A stretch of 64,000 nt of DNA from Octopus vulgaris (taxonomy: Eukaryota): positions 105,772,001-105,836,000 of the forward strand of contig OX597818.1 in NCBI GenBank assembly GCA_951406725.2. The letters run 5' to 3'. Shown here piece by piece: positions 23,931 to 37,523 of this stretch (positions within the stretch are counted from its first letter, which is position 1; each line of letters begins with the position of its first letter). Under the pieces are notes generated by a model. The model was given only the letters and a program-made list of their open reading frames with translations, searched no databases and had not been told where the DNA came from. The position numbers were made by a program, and so were the translations under genes.

Positions 23931-25494
23931 TTCCAGCAGACAAAATAAGATGTTGCCCCAGAGATTGGCGAAGAGAGATGCACTAGAATAGCCACTCAGA
24001 CTCATGGGGCTTGCACTTGGACACACACGAAATTGTCTTAACTTTATCTAACCAGATGAGTTAACCATGTCTCACTCCTACATTCTATTTTTCTGGCATG
24101 GTTTCTGAAACTTGAAGCCTTTTCTACCATCAACACCTTTACACGGTATACATGATGCATTTTATTATGATTGTCTTGTCCTCAGGAAGACTAAAGAGTT
24201 ATCTGTCCTACGTTATCTCTGTTCATTCAGTGGTATCAAAGTGGTCTTGTTCTCTCTTCTCTGTGTTGTCTCCATTCATCCTTCTTTCCCATCTCACACT
24301 ATTATCTGTGTTGAAAAGGGCATTCTCATCTCACATTGGTACCATGGGGTTAATAGTCTGTTACTGAGCTAAAGAGAACCTTGCATCAGTCTGAGCTAAA
24401 GAGTCCCTTTCGACATATTGATCTTTAATCTTACTGCTCAAAGATCATGTCAGGCTCATGTTTGTTATCTAGAGGTTCATGACACCAGTATAGACAGCTG
24501 AGTACTTGCATTGTCTCTGTTCTAGTCTATAAGAGTAGCCTGGTATGACTATTTTATGCAGAAATAGCCTATTTCCCTATTATTGTACCTAAGTTATTGT
24601 GAAGCTTGAGAAAGTGATGTCACTGACACTCTTGTTGGGGTGTAATAGCAAATGAGAAGCTGGTTGTTTGAAGTGTCTTCTAGGGTTAAGGGCTTCCCCT
24701 CTGCACTGCATCACTTCTTATTGTAGTTGTTGTGCCAAATGAATATAATGGTATCAGTGGCAGGCTGAATCTATATCCATGACACCAAGTTACACATTTA
24801 GGTTAAGAGAGGGGAGAGTTATCATGGTAGTGTCCAGATTAATTGGCCAGTATCTGCTGGGTTCACATAGTTAAAATGGGCTGTGAAGGAGAATAAAGGA
24901 ATCCAAGTGAAAGGAGTAAAAGGATATTAGAATTGAGAGATGTGACATGATGCAGCATCTCTCTATAGGTGAAAAAAAAAAAACTGAATAGTAGACATGA
25001 TTCATAGAGATTTAAATGTAAATATCAAAAATCTTAACTTTGTTGGCGTGTCCAGCAATTGTGTATTTGACTCAGAATTTACAAAAGCAGCATCATGGGG
25101 GAAAAGAGCTGGTGCTGGAGAAGCAAGTAATAGGAGAGGGAAAGTGGGTGATGAATGTCAGTGAGTGATAGAATGGGTATTGGGGGTAAAGGATATGTTA
25201 TGGTAAGAGAGGTGAATGAGAACAGACCCAATGCATTATCATTCCTTCTTGCATAGGTGCATGATGGGAGGAAGATAGTGATAGAAGGGTGGCATAGTGG
25301 TATGTGAGTGAGTGACATGAGAGAGTAACAAACAGAAAGAGAACAACCATCTTTGTTGGGTACCAACAAAAATAGTTGTTAGCAAAGAGGGTCTCTTTCT
25401 TTCTTATCCATTATGTTCATAGTCAGGAGACATACCTTGAACATAATGGGTGAGAGAGAGCCCCAAATGTTGGTATACGTTTCCAAGCTCCATC

Positions 25495-25730
25495 ACCATT
25501 TTGTTTTTTTGCACATGTTCTTTTTTTTTCCATACTTGCATGGGTTGGACAGGTTTTCTCTACTACAGCATTTGCCACTTGTGCAGTCCATCATCTTTTT
25601 TACAAGGTTCAGCTTCTTGAGATCAGCTTTCATTATTTCTTTCCACGTCTTTTTCAGTTTACCTCTTTCACAGTATCCATCTTTGTACAATTGATATCCT
25701 CTACAAGTATCAAATGACCTTACCAGTGAA
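25495..25730 (-). mobile_element. Decayed RTE LINE C-terminus and 3' end
   Basis: GYCERGKLKKTWKEIMKADLKKLNL, followed by a tccaacccatgcaag-type 3' end. Confidence 0.6.
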
Positions 25731-27199
25731 ATTTTGTTCATATCCACTAATATTACTCATTCAGCACAGTATGTTTGCCTTACTTTCTTCCAGCATTCTC
25801 AAATCCTTTGCATTCAAGATTTACATTTTTCTACCATATAACATTGCCCTTCATACAGAAGCATCATAAAATTTGCTCTTAACATATATGATGGGCTTCT
25901 ATACAGTTACCATCTGCCAAAATCCATTTGCGAGATGTTGCTTAACTTGAGGCTATAGCAGAAGACACTTGCTTAAGGTGCTACACAGTGGAGTTGAACC
26001 TGGAACCACATGGTTGTAAACAAACTTCTTCACCACACATAAATGTGAGAATGAAATTTTCTGAGTGGGTGCTAGCTCAGGTCCAACCCAGGATGTTCAA
26101 AACAATTTCAGTGCCCCTACAAAATTTTAGTGGGTGTGCTTGAACCCTCTGTTCTCAAGCTTATGTAACCACACAGTTGTGCTTGAACTCAACTTGTGAC
26201 CCATGAACAGGTAGTCTGATATGTTTTAGTGCGGTCGTTATGTATTCTTTGTAAGTAGTTCACAATATTAAGTAGCTTATATGTGAGTACAAGAATGTCC
26301 ACACCAATGTTTGAGTTTTTCAAATATTGTATTAACCTGCATGGTTTATATTTACATGAGTACATGCAAATAAATTAATGGAACAACTAATATAAGTTGG
26401 GAATCTTCTATAATGCAACATGCTAGATAATACTATAAAAGTAGTGCGTAGTCATTGAAGATGAAATAAGTGAAAAGAATTTAAATTATTACTTATAATC
26501 AATGTGCGTTATTCAACTGTAATATATGTCGAATACGACATAAGCATGTTAGATAAGAGAATTGAAAGAGGATAGGAGATCTGCTTGCTGAACCAAGTGC
26601 CATAAATTCACCTAGATGGCAGAGTAGTTCTGGTCTGAGATTGAATTTGCCAGCTTTTTTGCGACTGTTGGTTATCTTCCCTGAACCATTGGTAAAACTG
26701 TTTGGCAGGAACTCTCACTAACTCAAGTGGTTGGTGTGAGAAAGGGCATCTAGCTGTAGAAACCATACCAAAACATAATTGGAACCTGGGCCGCTCCCCA
26801 GCTTATATAAAACCGTCCAACTCATGCCAACATGGAAAGTGGGTGTTAAATAATAATGATGATGATTGTGTGTGAATGTATGTGTAGTTTTTGCTTATTT
26901 TCTGGTATAAAAGTACTCAATACACTCCTGTGTGAGATGTGTCTACAGTTTGATAAATTTGTCATCATTCATTCACTATTACATGTTTTTCCATATTAGC
27001 ATAGATTAGATGAATATATTATTGAAGCAGATTTACAGCCAGATACCCTTTCTGTCACTAACCTTTACTTGTTTTTAAGTAAAGTATCTCTTAATTTCAC
27101 ACATCTTTGATAGCACAAAACCAGTGCGTGCTTTGTCAGCACATATATACATATATGCATGACATTATATGTAAACTGGATTTCATATCTGGACCTAAG

Positions 27200-28070
27200 G
27201 TTTTGTTCATTCAGCTTTTTGAGTGACTGTAGTCATCAGTGCATTGGTAATCAACCAAGAGGACAACTGAATGAAACTTTAAGACTGGATATGTAATCCT
27301 GTTTACATATATTAATGACTTGCTTGCTGGTACCTCTAACAACATTCAGCTGTTTGCAGATGATACCACTATTCACTTCTACTGAATCTTTTTGCACACA
27401 TGCTTCATTTACTGCTTATATGAACCATATTCAATGGGACCACAATAATTAATTTCTTTCAATCATATCAAGGAATCAATTTTATACATCATTTACTTTA
27501 GTTTTCAACAACACATCACTTAAATCCTCAAAGATAAACTAAATGTTAGGCTTTATATAATCTCTGATAATCTTTCTTGGTCATCTTGTTACACACAATA
27601 TTGCTAAATCTACTCACCAAAGACTATCCTCCCTCTTCAGGTCTAAAAATATTCTGCTCTGACCGATTGCAGATCTTCTACAAAGCTCAAAAATATCTTA
27701 TAACAGAGTACTGTTCCCACATTTCGTACATCACTGATGCACATACAAACATTTTGGACCAAAGGGAAGTGATCTGGGTAATTGGCAAAACCTCATACAC
27801 CACAACACTACAACCTCTAGCTTGCAGACATGCTGTTTCTTCACTCTGCCTATTTTATCACTATGACAGCAGCCTATGCTCCTCTGATCACTTCTTCCCA
27901 GGCTCACCTGTCACTTCTACTCAGATCATCCTTACTAAATCACATCTCTTGAGCATTGCACTAACTATTTTGCACCATCAATCCTTCCCAGAAGTTCAGC
28001 TGTTTTGTTCCCTCCTCACCCACACTTTTTCTGTACTAACTGAACATCAACTCTGTTTATCTGATTAGTC
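27200..28070 (+). mobile_element. Decayed CR1/Jockey-group LINE, RT 3' half
   Basis: YINDLLAGTSNNIQLFADDTT and LQPLACRHAVSSLCLFYHYDSSLCSSD. Confidence 0.7.
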
Positions 28071-31000
28071 TCAAAGGGGTTCTGTCACTCCACCAAACTA
28101 AGACATACAAAAGAAGAAAAAAATAACAACATATAACAAACATATGTATAGATGTACATTAATTTTTGTATTGGTTTTGATGATGAATAGTATTCCAGTT
28201 GTGTGTAGACAGCAAAACTACCTAGTCATGGACATGTATATATAGCTGAATATTTCAGAGTACCTTTAATGTAATCCTCAGGCAGAATCAGTGTAATGTT
28301 GTACACAAGTCTGGCTGTTTAAATGACTGGGTAGCCTGGTCAGTAGGCTTTCACATGGTTTTACTGACAAAGCTTGAGCAGACATTTACTTTCCACTCAC
28401 AAAGAATTAGCTGTTCAGAGTTATTGTAGAAGACTCTTGCCCAATGTACTGCACTGAACTTGGAACTATATTGTAGCAAAGTAGACTTTTTTAACCGCAG
28501 AGCCACCTTTTGTGTCTGGTGTTGTAATACAATCTCTGGGGTTGCTGAAAAATTGTATTTCATGTATGAATTGGGCATAAATTAACCTTATTCATGCAAC
28601 TATTTATGTTATGTGTACTGATTGTTATTTATAAGCATATTTATATATTTTTTGTATTAGATCTCTATGTGCTCATATAATATTTACTTTTTGTTTTCAT
28701 ATAAATACTTAATACTTATTTCCTGTATTTACCTTTCCTTAATGAATACAACATGTATACATACACATTCAACACAACAGTAATTGGTTGAAGGAAATTA
28801 TTAGTCATTAGCCAGAACTAAAACTGGTTCGACTTCCTTAATATTGTGTCATAATTACACTATTCCTCATTAATCCATATTTTTTATTGATCTGAAAACC
28901 ATGCTATGTACTGTATAAAGAGTTATTGATATCTTGTTCACATTGTCACTAAGCTCTAGGCAAACTTTGTAAGAATAAATACCAAAGAGATCGTACTTAT
29001 TTTACTGACCCAAATGAAATGCCAGGCAAAGTCCATATTGATGCAAATTAAATAACTGGGTGAAATGATTTGTATCAATAGTTACATTTTCTGACCCAAA
29101 ATAACAAAACTCTTGCCTGTGTTCTAAAGAGTTTGTCATTTTTTTGTCTATAAGATAGAATAACACCAATTCCTGCAAAAGATTCCATAGTGGATAAGTC
29201 TGTTGAAATTTAAAAAGTAGTCTGGTTCAGGATCATTAACTCTTTTGTTATCGTATTTCTATTGAAACGAACTGACTTTGTTTCAATTAATTTTGAAATT
29301 AATAAAGAATTTAATAAAATAATTTCAGCATTATTTAACTGGAACCTGGAATGCAAATTAGCTTGAAATTTGTATGGCTTTAATTTAGATAATTTTAAAG
29401 CTGGATGTTTGTATCATATAACCAGGAGTGGTCTCAAGCAGGCTGAGTAACATTTATTTGAGTATTCATTCTCTAAAAGAATATTAATCCGTTTGAGCAT
29501 GCATGTATTTGAACTGATACAGTTTAAAATTATAACATTATTTATGGTTTTGTTGGTATAAAAAGAATAAAATGTTGGCAGTTATTTTGATAGATCTCAA
29601 CTAAAAATATCAAATTAAATCTGATATTCTATCTATTGATTAAGACAAAGCTAGGAGATAGTGCATTCTTTTTGCTAAACACAAGTTCAGTTTTTATAGA
29701 GTACGGACATTAATTGACTGGATTAGTCATAGTATGTATATAGTACTTTATTGTTCACATAAAGGATTTGAACTCAGAACCTAAAGGAACATATTAAATA
29801 TTTACTTTATTGAAATTGGTGCCAGTGCTGCTTGATTAGCTCCCATGCCAGTGGCACACAAAAAAGCACCATTTGAGCATGGTCAATGCCAGTGCTGTCT
29901 GACTGGCCCCCATGCTGGTGGCATGTAAAATGCACCTACTACACTCTTGGAGTGGTTGGCGTTAGGAAGGGCATCCAGCTGTAGAAACCTTGCCAGATCA
30001 GATTGAGGCCTGGTGCAGCCTCCTTGCTTGCCAGTCCATCTGTCCTACCCATACCAGCATGGAAAGCGGACGTTGATGATGATGATGATTCAAAGCAAAT
30101 TTTAGCTGGGAGTACTAGTTAATTTAATCCTATATATATCATCGGTATTTTATCTATTCTGGAAGAGTAAAAGATAAAATTATATTCAGGTTTTAATTCA
30201 GTATTGTAAAATTAATTCTCTTGTGGCTCCAATTCCAATGGTCATCATCATTATAATTTACATTTTTTTTCATACTTGCATAGTTTGATTAGGTCTTCTC
30301 CAACATAGAATCTTGCCTCATGTTGCACTCCTTTCTCATCTCGCTTGTGAGATTCAGCTGCCTTTAATAAGGCTTAGATTCGATTTTATATTCAATATTA
30401 TTGGTACACATATTAATTCTACTGTAAAGGAACCAGTCTAATGTTCTTTGTCTTAGTTGGTTCCTTTACTGTAACTCTCCACCACTTATAAAAAAAAATC
30501 CATTGTTATATTATTTTATGTTGGTGGGGGCATTGTAGAATGGTAGTAAACTCTTCATGGACTGTACTTGTGATATCAGTTTGGTTCCCAAACAAGCATT
30601 TCACTGCATATTCACATTTTGTTGACAGTCAGCCTGGAGAAAGATAACACCACTAGGTTAACTTACAATCTATACACTGTGTGAAGATAGTCTTTGAGAC
30701 TGACAGAAACAATCATTAACTCTTACATTATATTTCATTTAATTTTATAAATAATAAAAACTTTAGGAGGATTTAGAAAACAACTGACTTTTTCATTAGT
30801 AAGATATTCGCAACATATTAATTAATATAAGTTAGCTAATTGTATGTTGTAACAAATTGAAAATGGTTTTTTCCCCCAAATTTCTTAAGGTGAATTGAGA
30901 ATTCCTGTTATTTTTGTTCTATGCATATATCCTGACTGTACTTTTTGTATGGAATTGTGTCAAAATTGAATTAATTATAATGATTAATATTAAAAGGTTC

Positions 31001-32469
31001 TAACAAAATAATGATAGAAGGTTCTAATTTAAATGTTAACTATTAAATGAGAGGATTTGTATCATAAGACAAAGAATGTCCTCCAACTAGTTTGTATCAG
31101 AAGGGTTAAAGTTTTGGAAAATTTTTATTTTCCACTTCTGCATTTGATGTAAATCAAAACTGTTTTTGATGTTTACCTTATTACATTTTACAATTTCATA
31201 TAGTTTTTGTTTAAGAAAAATGTCTTTTGTGCTTTGATGAGGTTACTTAAGAAACGGTGCTTAGCTTCAATATTCTTAGTGTGGTGCAAATAATACAAAT
31301 AATGTCCACCTGGATAGTGTGTCTGTCTGATTCAAGTAACATTCCCAGATGATCTGATATTTAGCCCTGATTACTAAGTGAATTTAATGTATGGAATATA
31401 GTATAGACCAGTATTAAGTTTGAATTCCTAGCTACTTTGCTTCTACATATCTTGCATGATGTAACATTTAACCTAGAATTGTAACCTTTGTCTGTGCAGG
31501 ATATGTACAAATACTGTTAATGTATATGTCCTTTTGTATTGAAATTAATACATAGGAAGTGAAGTAAAGCAATATTGGAACTACTGGAAGAATAGAAAAC
31601 TATTCAAGGAAACAAAACGATCCACATCACTTCTGGTATTATTCTGTCAGTTTATGTATTTCCTAAGTGTCAACATAACATTCTTCAAAACGGCTATTAT
31701 ATACAAAGCTATTTATATAGCATATAATTCTTCTCTATTTATATAACAAAGATAAAATTTCCTTTTTCTCTCTTGCTTCCTTCAAGCCTTTCAGATTCAA
31801 GTACATTGTATCCAAATAAAGTAAAATAGAATTTTGAATTCTTTTTAATCAATCCTTTGGTAAAGAAAAATTTCTGTATCATTGGCTACAAGAGATTTTG
31901 AAGGATGAAAAAAAAAACTATAGAATTATCATTAAACCTTTATACCAATGAAAATGGTATAAATACCACTCATTTGCAGATGAGGTAGGTATACTGTCTG
32001 TATGTAAAGAGTTAGAACAAATACGATAATGCAATTTATCCAATGCCAGTCCACAGCTCTAATGATAATGTTGATTTATAGATCTAAATTTTTTTAGCAC
32101 AAAAGACAGGAAAAACTCTGACATGCTGCATGATCAACAACTTAAACCTGCCCAGGTTTAGATCCTATTTAAAACCCTAAACTGGAGATAGAAAAAAACA
32201 CAGCCCCAAAAGCACTGAAATGACCAACAAGTACAGCTTGTGTGACAGAGACTACTATTCACACATTGAACTATTTAACTATAGACAATGCTGTTCCAGT
32301 AGGGCACTCAACTAATATCTCAGCCATGGTCATTAATGATAGGTGGAGGCCTAAGATATAGGGTTGTTATAGTTTCCAGCTGCTTAGTCATGAGTTCACA
32401 GCATTTCCAATGGCCAGAGAGTCTGTGCAACAAGGGTGGAATAAGCACTACAAAACATCTTCTTATTCT

Positions 32470-33085
32470 GCACAAATTACAGACTTGGCTTATATCTATT
32501 ACATAAGACTAGACAGTATTTCCCTTCTCTCAAAGGAGGATTATATAGAGATGATGCCCTCCTGGTATATAATGGCCGATCCAAAAGAAAAATGAGGGAA
32601 GAACTCCATAAATTTTATTAAAATTTTGGTTTATCTATTACCTTTGAAGAAAGCTATTGTAGAACAAATTTCTTAGATGTAACCCTGGACCTCAATACCT
32701 CAAATATATAAACATTCATTCTAACCACCATATATCATTACTTAATGGCATTGTAAACAGTATATCTATTAGAATCTCAGGTCTATCCAATAATGAAGAA
32801 ATATTCAATAAACACGCAAACTATTATAATCAAACTTTAGCTGCAAGTGGATTTAAACAAAATATTAAGTATGTAAAAGAAACAATACTTATGATTTATA
32901 TAGCACAAATGGAACTAAACCAAACCACACATAATACGAAACTAAGAAATACAACTAACCTTACCTCTAATAATATTCAATCAATACAAAAAGATGAAAC
33001 CTCTGTAAAACATGACAAAAAAAAACCTAGATTATTAATTCTAGATTCCATTTCAAAGGGTAATACATCCATGAAACGATTGTAA
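32470..33085 (+). mobile_element. Penelope-like (Naiad-type) RT fragment, same family as 856-2657
   Basis: GGLYRDDALL, NFLDVTLDLNT, YINIHSNH and RISGLSNNEEIFNKHANYYNQTLAASGF, with frameshifts. Confidence 0.85.
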
Positions 33086-33263
33086 GATATTCTAAACTTT
33101 TACGATAATCATACTTTATATATCTGTTTATTAATACAATATTACTTTGGACGAATATCTTCTGTGAGGATTTTTTGATGTAATTTTCCTGCTCTTATTT
33201 TATAATGTAATATATATGTGTATATATATGTATGTATATATGGTGTATATATATTTATATATA

Positions 33264-33306
<43 letters not shown>

Positions 33307-33324
33307 GTGTGTGTATGTGTGTGC

Positions 33325-33384
<60 letters not shown>

Positions 33385-33405
33385 ATATCTATGTGTATGT
33401 ATCTA

Positions 33406-34054
33406 CTAGTTGATGTGCCCGGTAATTCCATGGGGTAAAGATGTTCTATTGAAATGCCTTATTACTCTGATATAAGAAAGGAATTTCGTTATAACTGCCA
33501 CAAAAGGTGTATTTTCTGTCACGAAAAAATACAAAAAACTGTCAGCTGGGAGATTGTTGGAGGTTTGTGAGTGAGGTTTTCGGGAGTTGGTGAGAGGCAA
33601 AGACATTATTCTGCTTAGCGAAGGCATCTGGGAAATGTATAACTGCTGTCATTCACAGAAAAAGCTTTTTTTTTTTACTGTGAGAAAAGTGCTGTTGAAG
33701 TGTTAAATGAAATTTGGCAATCGAGGATCAAATCCACACTATGCCTGCAAATATGTTGTGGAATAAAAAAAATTATCTACTGTCATAGAAAAAGTGTAAC
33801 TGTAAAAATGCAGAATTATCGGAGTAATGGGCATTCAAAAAAGTATGTATAGAAATGTATGAATCAAATCTTTAATGTTTAAGATTCAAATTAAGGAAGT
33901 GCAATAATGTTTAGCAGTTTAAAACTGAGGGTAGTGAAATGAAGAATTAGGTCGGCTGATCGTGAGAATCAAATATTGATCGCTTTGCTGAAATCTGTAA
34001 GTGGTATGGGTTATTTCCCTTGGGTTGTTTAAATAAAATGTTATATGTAGTAGA
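33406..34054 (-). mobile_element. Non-autonomous Helitron
   Basis: Minus strand reads A|TCTACTACATATAA ... CCCCATGGAATTACCGGG (hairpin-like) CACATCAACTAG|T. Confidence 0.55.
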
Positions 34055-34317
34055 TAGAAGGATCCATTGGATGGGTCCTACTATTAATTTTTTTTCAACA
34101 ATCCAAGTATATCACGAGATTTCCAGACATGGCGCTACTCATGTGTCAAAGTATGAAAGTGATATTGTCTGCAAAAATTAGAAATAGGACATACAAAAAA
34201 CCAATATTCAAAGTAATCAAACATAAACAATGAAATGGCTTGTTTCCCTTGAGTGTTTAAAAAGACTATTGTACAGGTGCTATGAGTTATATATATATGT
34301 GTGTGTGTAGATACTTG

Positions 34318-34364
<47 letters not shown>

Positions 34365-34806
34365 ATTTATGTGTATACTCTTTTACTTGTTTCAGTCATT
34401 TGACTGCGGCCATGCTGGAGCACCGCCTTTAGTCGAGCAAATCGACCCCGGGACTTATTCTTTGTAAGCCCAGTACTTATTCTATCGGTTTCTTTTGCCG
34501 ATAGAATATATGTTTATATATTTGAGGTATTGAGGTCCAGAGTTACATCTAAGAAATTTGCTTTACAATAGCTTTCTTCAAAGGTAATAGATAAACCAAC
34601 ATATATATATATATATGTATATAAATCCTTAAAAATGTTCCAGCCTGAAAGCTGCGACTATGCTGGGGTACCACCGTTGAATGTGCTCCACTAGTATGTA
34701 AAACCACCTCTGATATGTGGCACTTGGTCAACAAATCTGCGCGCATCTGTTTCCTGTCGAGAGGTAGGTTCATCTGGAACCCCTGACAAGAAAAGTTTCA
34801 GTTTAA

Positions 34807-35260
34807 TTATAAAGAAACCCACATCCCCACCATGCAGGCCTCTCGAGCATTTAGGATTTTCCAGATGTATATCACTGCATATCTCTCCCGCCTTTGCTCA
34901 AGGGAGAACAGTTTTAATACTTTCAGTCTTTCCCAGTAGCTGATATGTTGCATTGAGACAGTCTTCTTAGTGTAGCTTCGTTGGATTGCTTTGAGTTCTG
35001 CTGTTAACTTTATATTGTATGGTGACCATAGTTGGGAACAGTAGTCTAAGCTGCTGAGGACGAATGTCTTCCAAAGGACCATTAGTGTCTCCTCTCTTGT
35101 TCTGAAAGTTCAGAGGATCCATCCAGCTAGCCGTCTGCATTTTATTACCAAATTGGCGATATGCACTTGGAAAGATGCATCATTGCTCATGTCAATGCTC
35201 AGGACATGCACTGATTTTGACTCAGGAATTGCAATTCTTCCCGGGTCAGTGTATCCGGTC
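34807..35260 (-). mobile_element. CR1-group LINE 3' fragment
   Basis: LWKTFVLSSLDYCSQLWSPY..IQRSYTK..SYWERLKVLKLFSLEQRRERYAVIYIWKIL. Confidence 0.85.
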
Positions 35261-35300
35261 TGCATGTCGTTCAGCTTTATGTGTATATATATATGTATTT

Positions 35301-35560
35301 TATTCAAAGAAATTCCAACACTGTCTGTTTTTTATGTTTTATTTATATTCTTTATAACAGTTTCAACTGCTGAAACATTCCTGGGACCTTGAAGACTGCT
35401 TAAATGCAAGAAAGTATACTAGTCCCTTAATATTCAATATTTCCTCTATTCAATGATAATCAACACTTCATTTCATTTTACTATATATTCTATATTCTAC
35501 ATTAATATTATAAAGACTATAAATAAAACATAAAAAACAGAGTTGGAATTCCTTTGAATA
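35301..35560 (+). mobile_element. Small inverted-repeat element enclosing a compact hammerhead-like motif
   Basis: Arms at 35301-35357 and 35508-35560. Motif GGGAC-CTTGAAGA-CTGCTTAAATGCAA-GAAA-GTATAC-TA-GTCCC at 35383-35426. Confidence 0.65.
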
Positions 35561-35603
35561 ATATGTATCTCTCTATACACAATCATACAAACCCCTCTTT
35601 ATT

Positions 35604-35641
<38 letters not shown>

Positions 35642-35647
35642 CATACT

Positions 35648-36055
35648 CGACAGTGTTAGCACCTTGAGAGAAAAGTTGGACCTAAGAAGTATCAGATGTA
35701 GTGTGCAAGAGAGATGACTGCGCTGGTATGGCCATGTGGCGAGAATGGATGTGGATAGTTGTGTGAAAAAGTGCCACACCCTAGCGGTTGAGGGAACCTG
35801 TGGAAGAGGTAGACCCAGGAAGACTTGGGATGAGGTGGTGAAGCATGACCTTCGAACATTGGGCCTCACTGAGGAAATGACTAGTGACCGGGACTTTTGG
35901 AAATATGCAGTGCTTGAGAAGACTCGGCAAGCTCAAGTGAGACCATAACCTTATGGCCTATGCCAGGGATGTAACCAGCCCACTTTATGTGTACCTTTCC
36001 CTTATTGGACGCTAAACTCTGCTTGCAAAGACCTGTTGAGGCAAGTGAAATCGAA
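35648..36055 (+). mobile_element. RTE LINE ORF C-terminus
   Basis: LRWYGHVARMDVDSCVKKC..GRGRPRKTWDEVVKHDLRTLGLTEEMTSDRDFWKYAVLEKTR. Confidence 0.88.
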
Positions 36056-36179
36056 ATGAGTTTTAAGACATTGATAGATATACCAGTTCTACATTTCGGC
36101 TTGTTATGGCTGTAATCATCGATGGCCTTCCTACTGTACATATTGATCAGTTGTCAAGTGGATGCTGAAGAATAAGAAT

Positions 36180-36400
36180 TGCATCCTAGAAATTAAAATA
36201 GACGAACATCAGAAAGCCTTAATGAGAGGAGATTCAGCTAAATCATGGCATGAAAAAGAAAATACTCTGCTTTAAAATGAAGTTCTCACAGTGAAAACTT
36301 AGAAAAGTCTAAATAGCAGTACATATAACGCTTACTGATAAACTAATAATCAGTGTGTCTAGTACTGACTTCTAAACATCTGTTTGATATGGCTACCATT
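36180..36400 (+). mobile_element. Penelope-type GIY-YIG fragment
   Basis: LEIKIDEHQKALMRGDSAKS resembles the R..EH.K....G...KS segment of Penelope endonucleases. Short and decayed. Confidence 0.4.
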
Positions 36401-37318
36401 ACTGAAAAGTGAATTTAAGCTAAAACTACTATAGTTGTACATGTGCTATGGGATAAAGATTAAATTACCTTGTAGTTTAGGAATAAGCTTTTCCAGTTGG
36501 AATCTCATGGGGTTCTGATTTACATATCCAGCAACAAAGCCTTTGATGTTGATTGGAAATTGGACTGATTACATGTAGTGTAGATGCGATCTTATTTTAA
36601 AATTGTCTTGATATATTTGACAAAAAAGAAAATGCCATTCAACTGCAGTGGAATAATAAAAGGTATCTTTTCATGTCTACTACCAACAGAAATTAAGTTA
36701 ACTGAAAGTGTAATGTAACATGGCCTAAGGGAGACCATTCCATGATAATAAAAAAAAGACAATAGATTAGAAGAATGAATGATTTTAATGTTAAAAATTA
36801 ACTTTACTGGTAGGAAATTTTTTCATTTAAAAGTAAAATACAAAATATATAATAGATGGATGGATTTTATGAACTTATGAACAAATGACTTGCCTAAACT
36901 CGAATTCATTTTACAAGAAGTAGCACTAGAGAAGGACTCTTTGAAAGGTATGATACTGAATCAAATGTCATTCTACATCCCTTGGTTGCATTATATCATT
37001 TAGCTTGCACAAAAGATTTAGGTGTAGGAACCAAAATTATGATTAATAATAAAATTTTATCCTATGTGAATAACAGTACGGGTGAATCTTTAAAAAATAT
37101 TGGAATAAATTTAAACCCAAAATGTATTTTAATAAAATTTAAAAACAAGATGTTGGTGTATATGAATAGTCAGCTCTGCTTGTGCAAGCCCCTGACATGG
37201 GGTAGTTGATTGAGCAATTTTAGCAGTTGTGCTGTTACTGACTTCAAATATTGCAATTATGATATGGGCTCTTCTTTAGAGATAGTTGTTTCTGGTGGAG
37301 ACTTTTGTGTTACTTTAA

Positions 37319-37523
37319 CCCTTTAACATTCATATTACTGTCAAATTTAATGCCTATTAAATGATATTATTTTGAATTAATCATACCTTTGAGATTTTGA
37401 TGATGTGGTGTTTATTTTTAGAATGACATTGTAAGGTAGATGTGAGAGGCTGGATCTGGTCAGCTTGATCACAAAACGAGTAGAATATTTTGGCTGGGTA
37501 TGACTGGTTTAAATGCTTAAGGG
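37319..37523. mobile_element. piggyBac-type MITE
   Basis: TTAA|CCCTTTAACATT ... AATGCTTAAGGG|TTAA. A related, weaker candidate lies at ~30717-31108. Confidence 0.7.

Noticed and set aside
36860-36955. Exon-like stretch TNDLPKLEFILQEVALEKDSLK followed by GTATGA
   Set aside because: In-frame TGA immediately upstream and no good acceptor.
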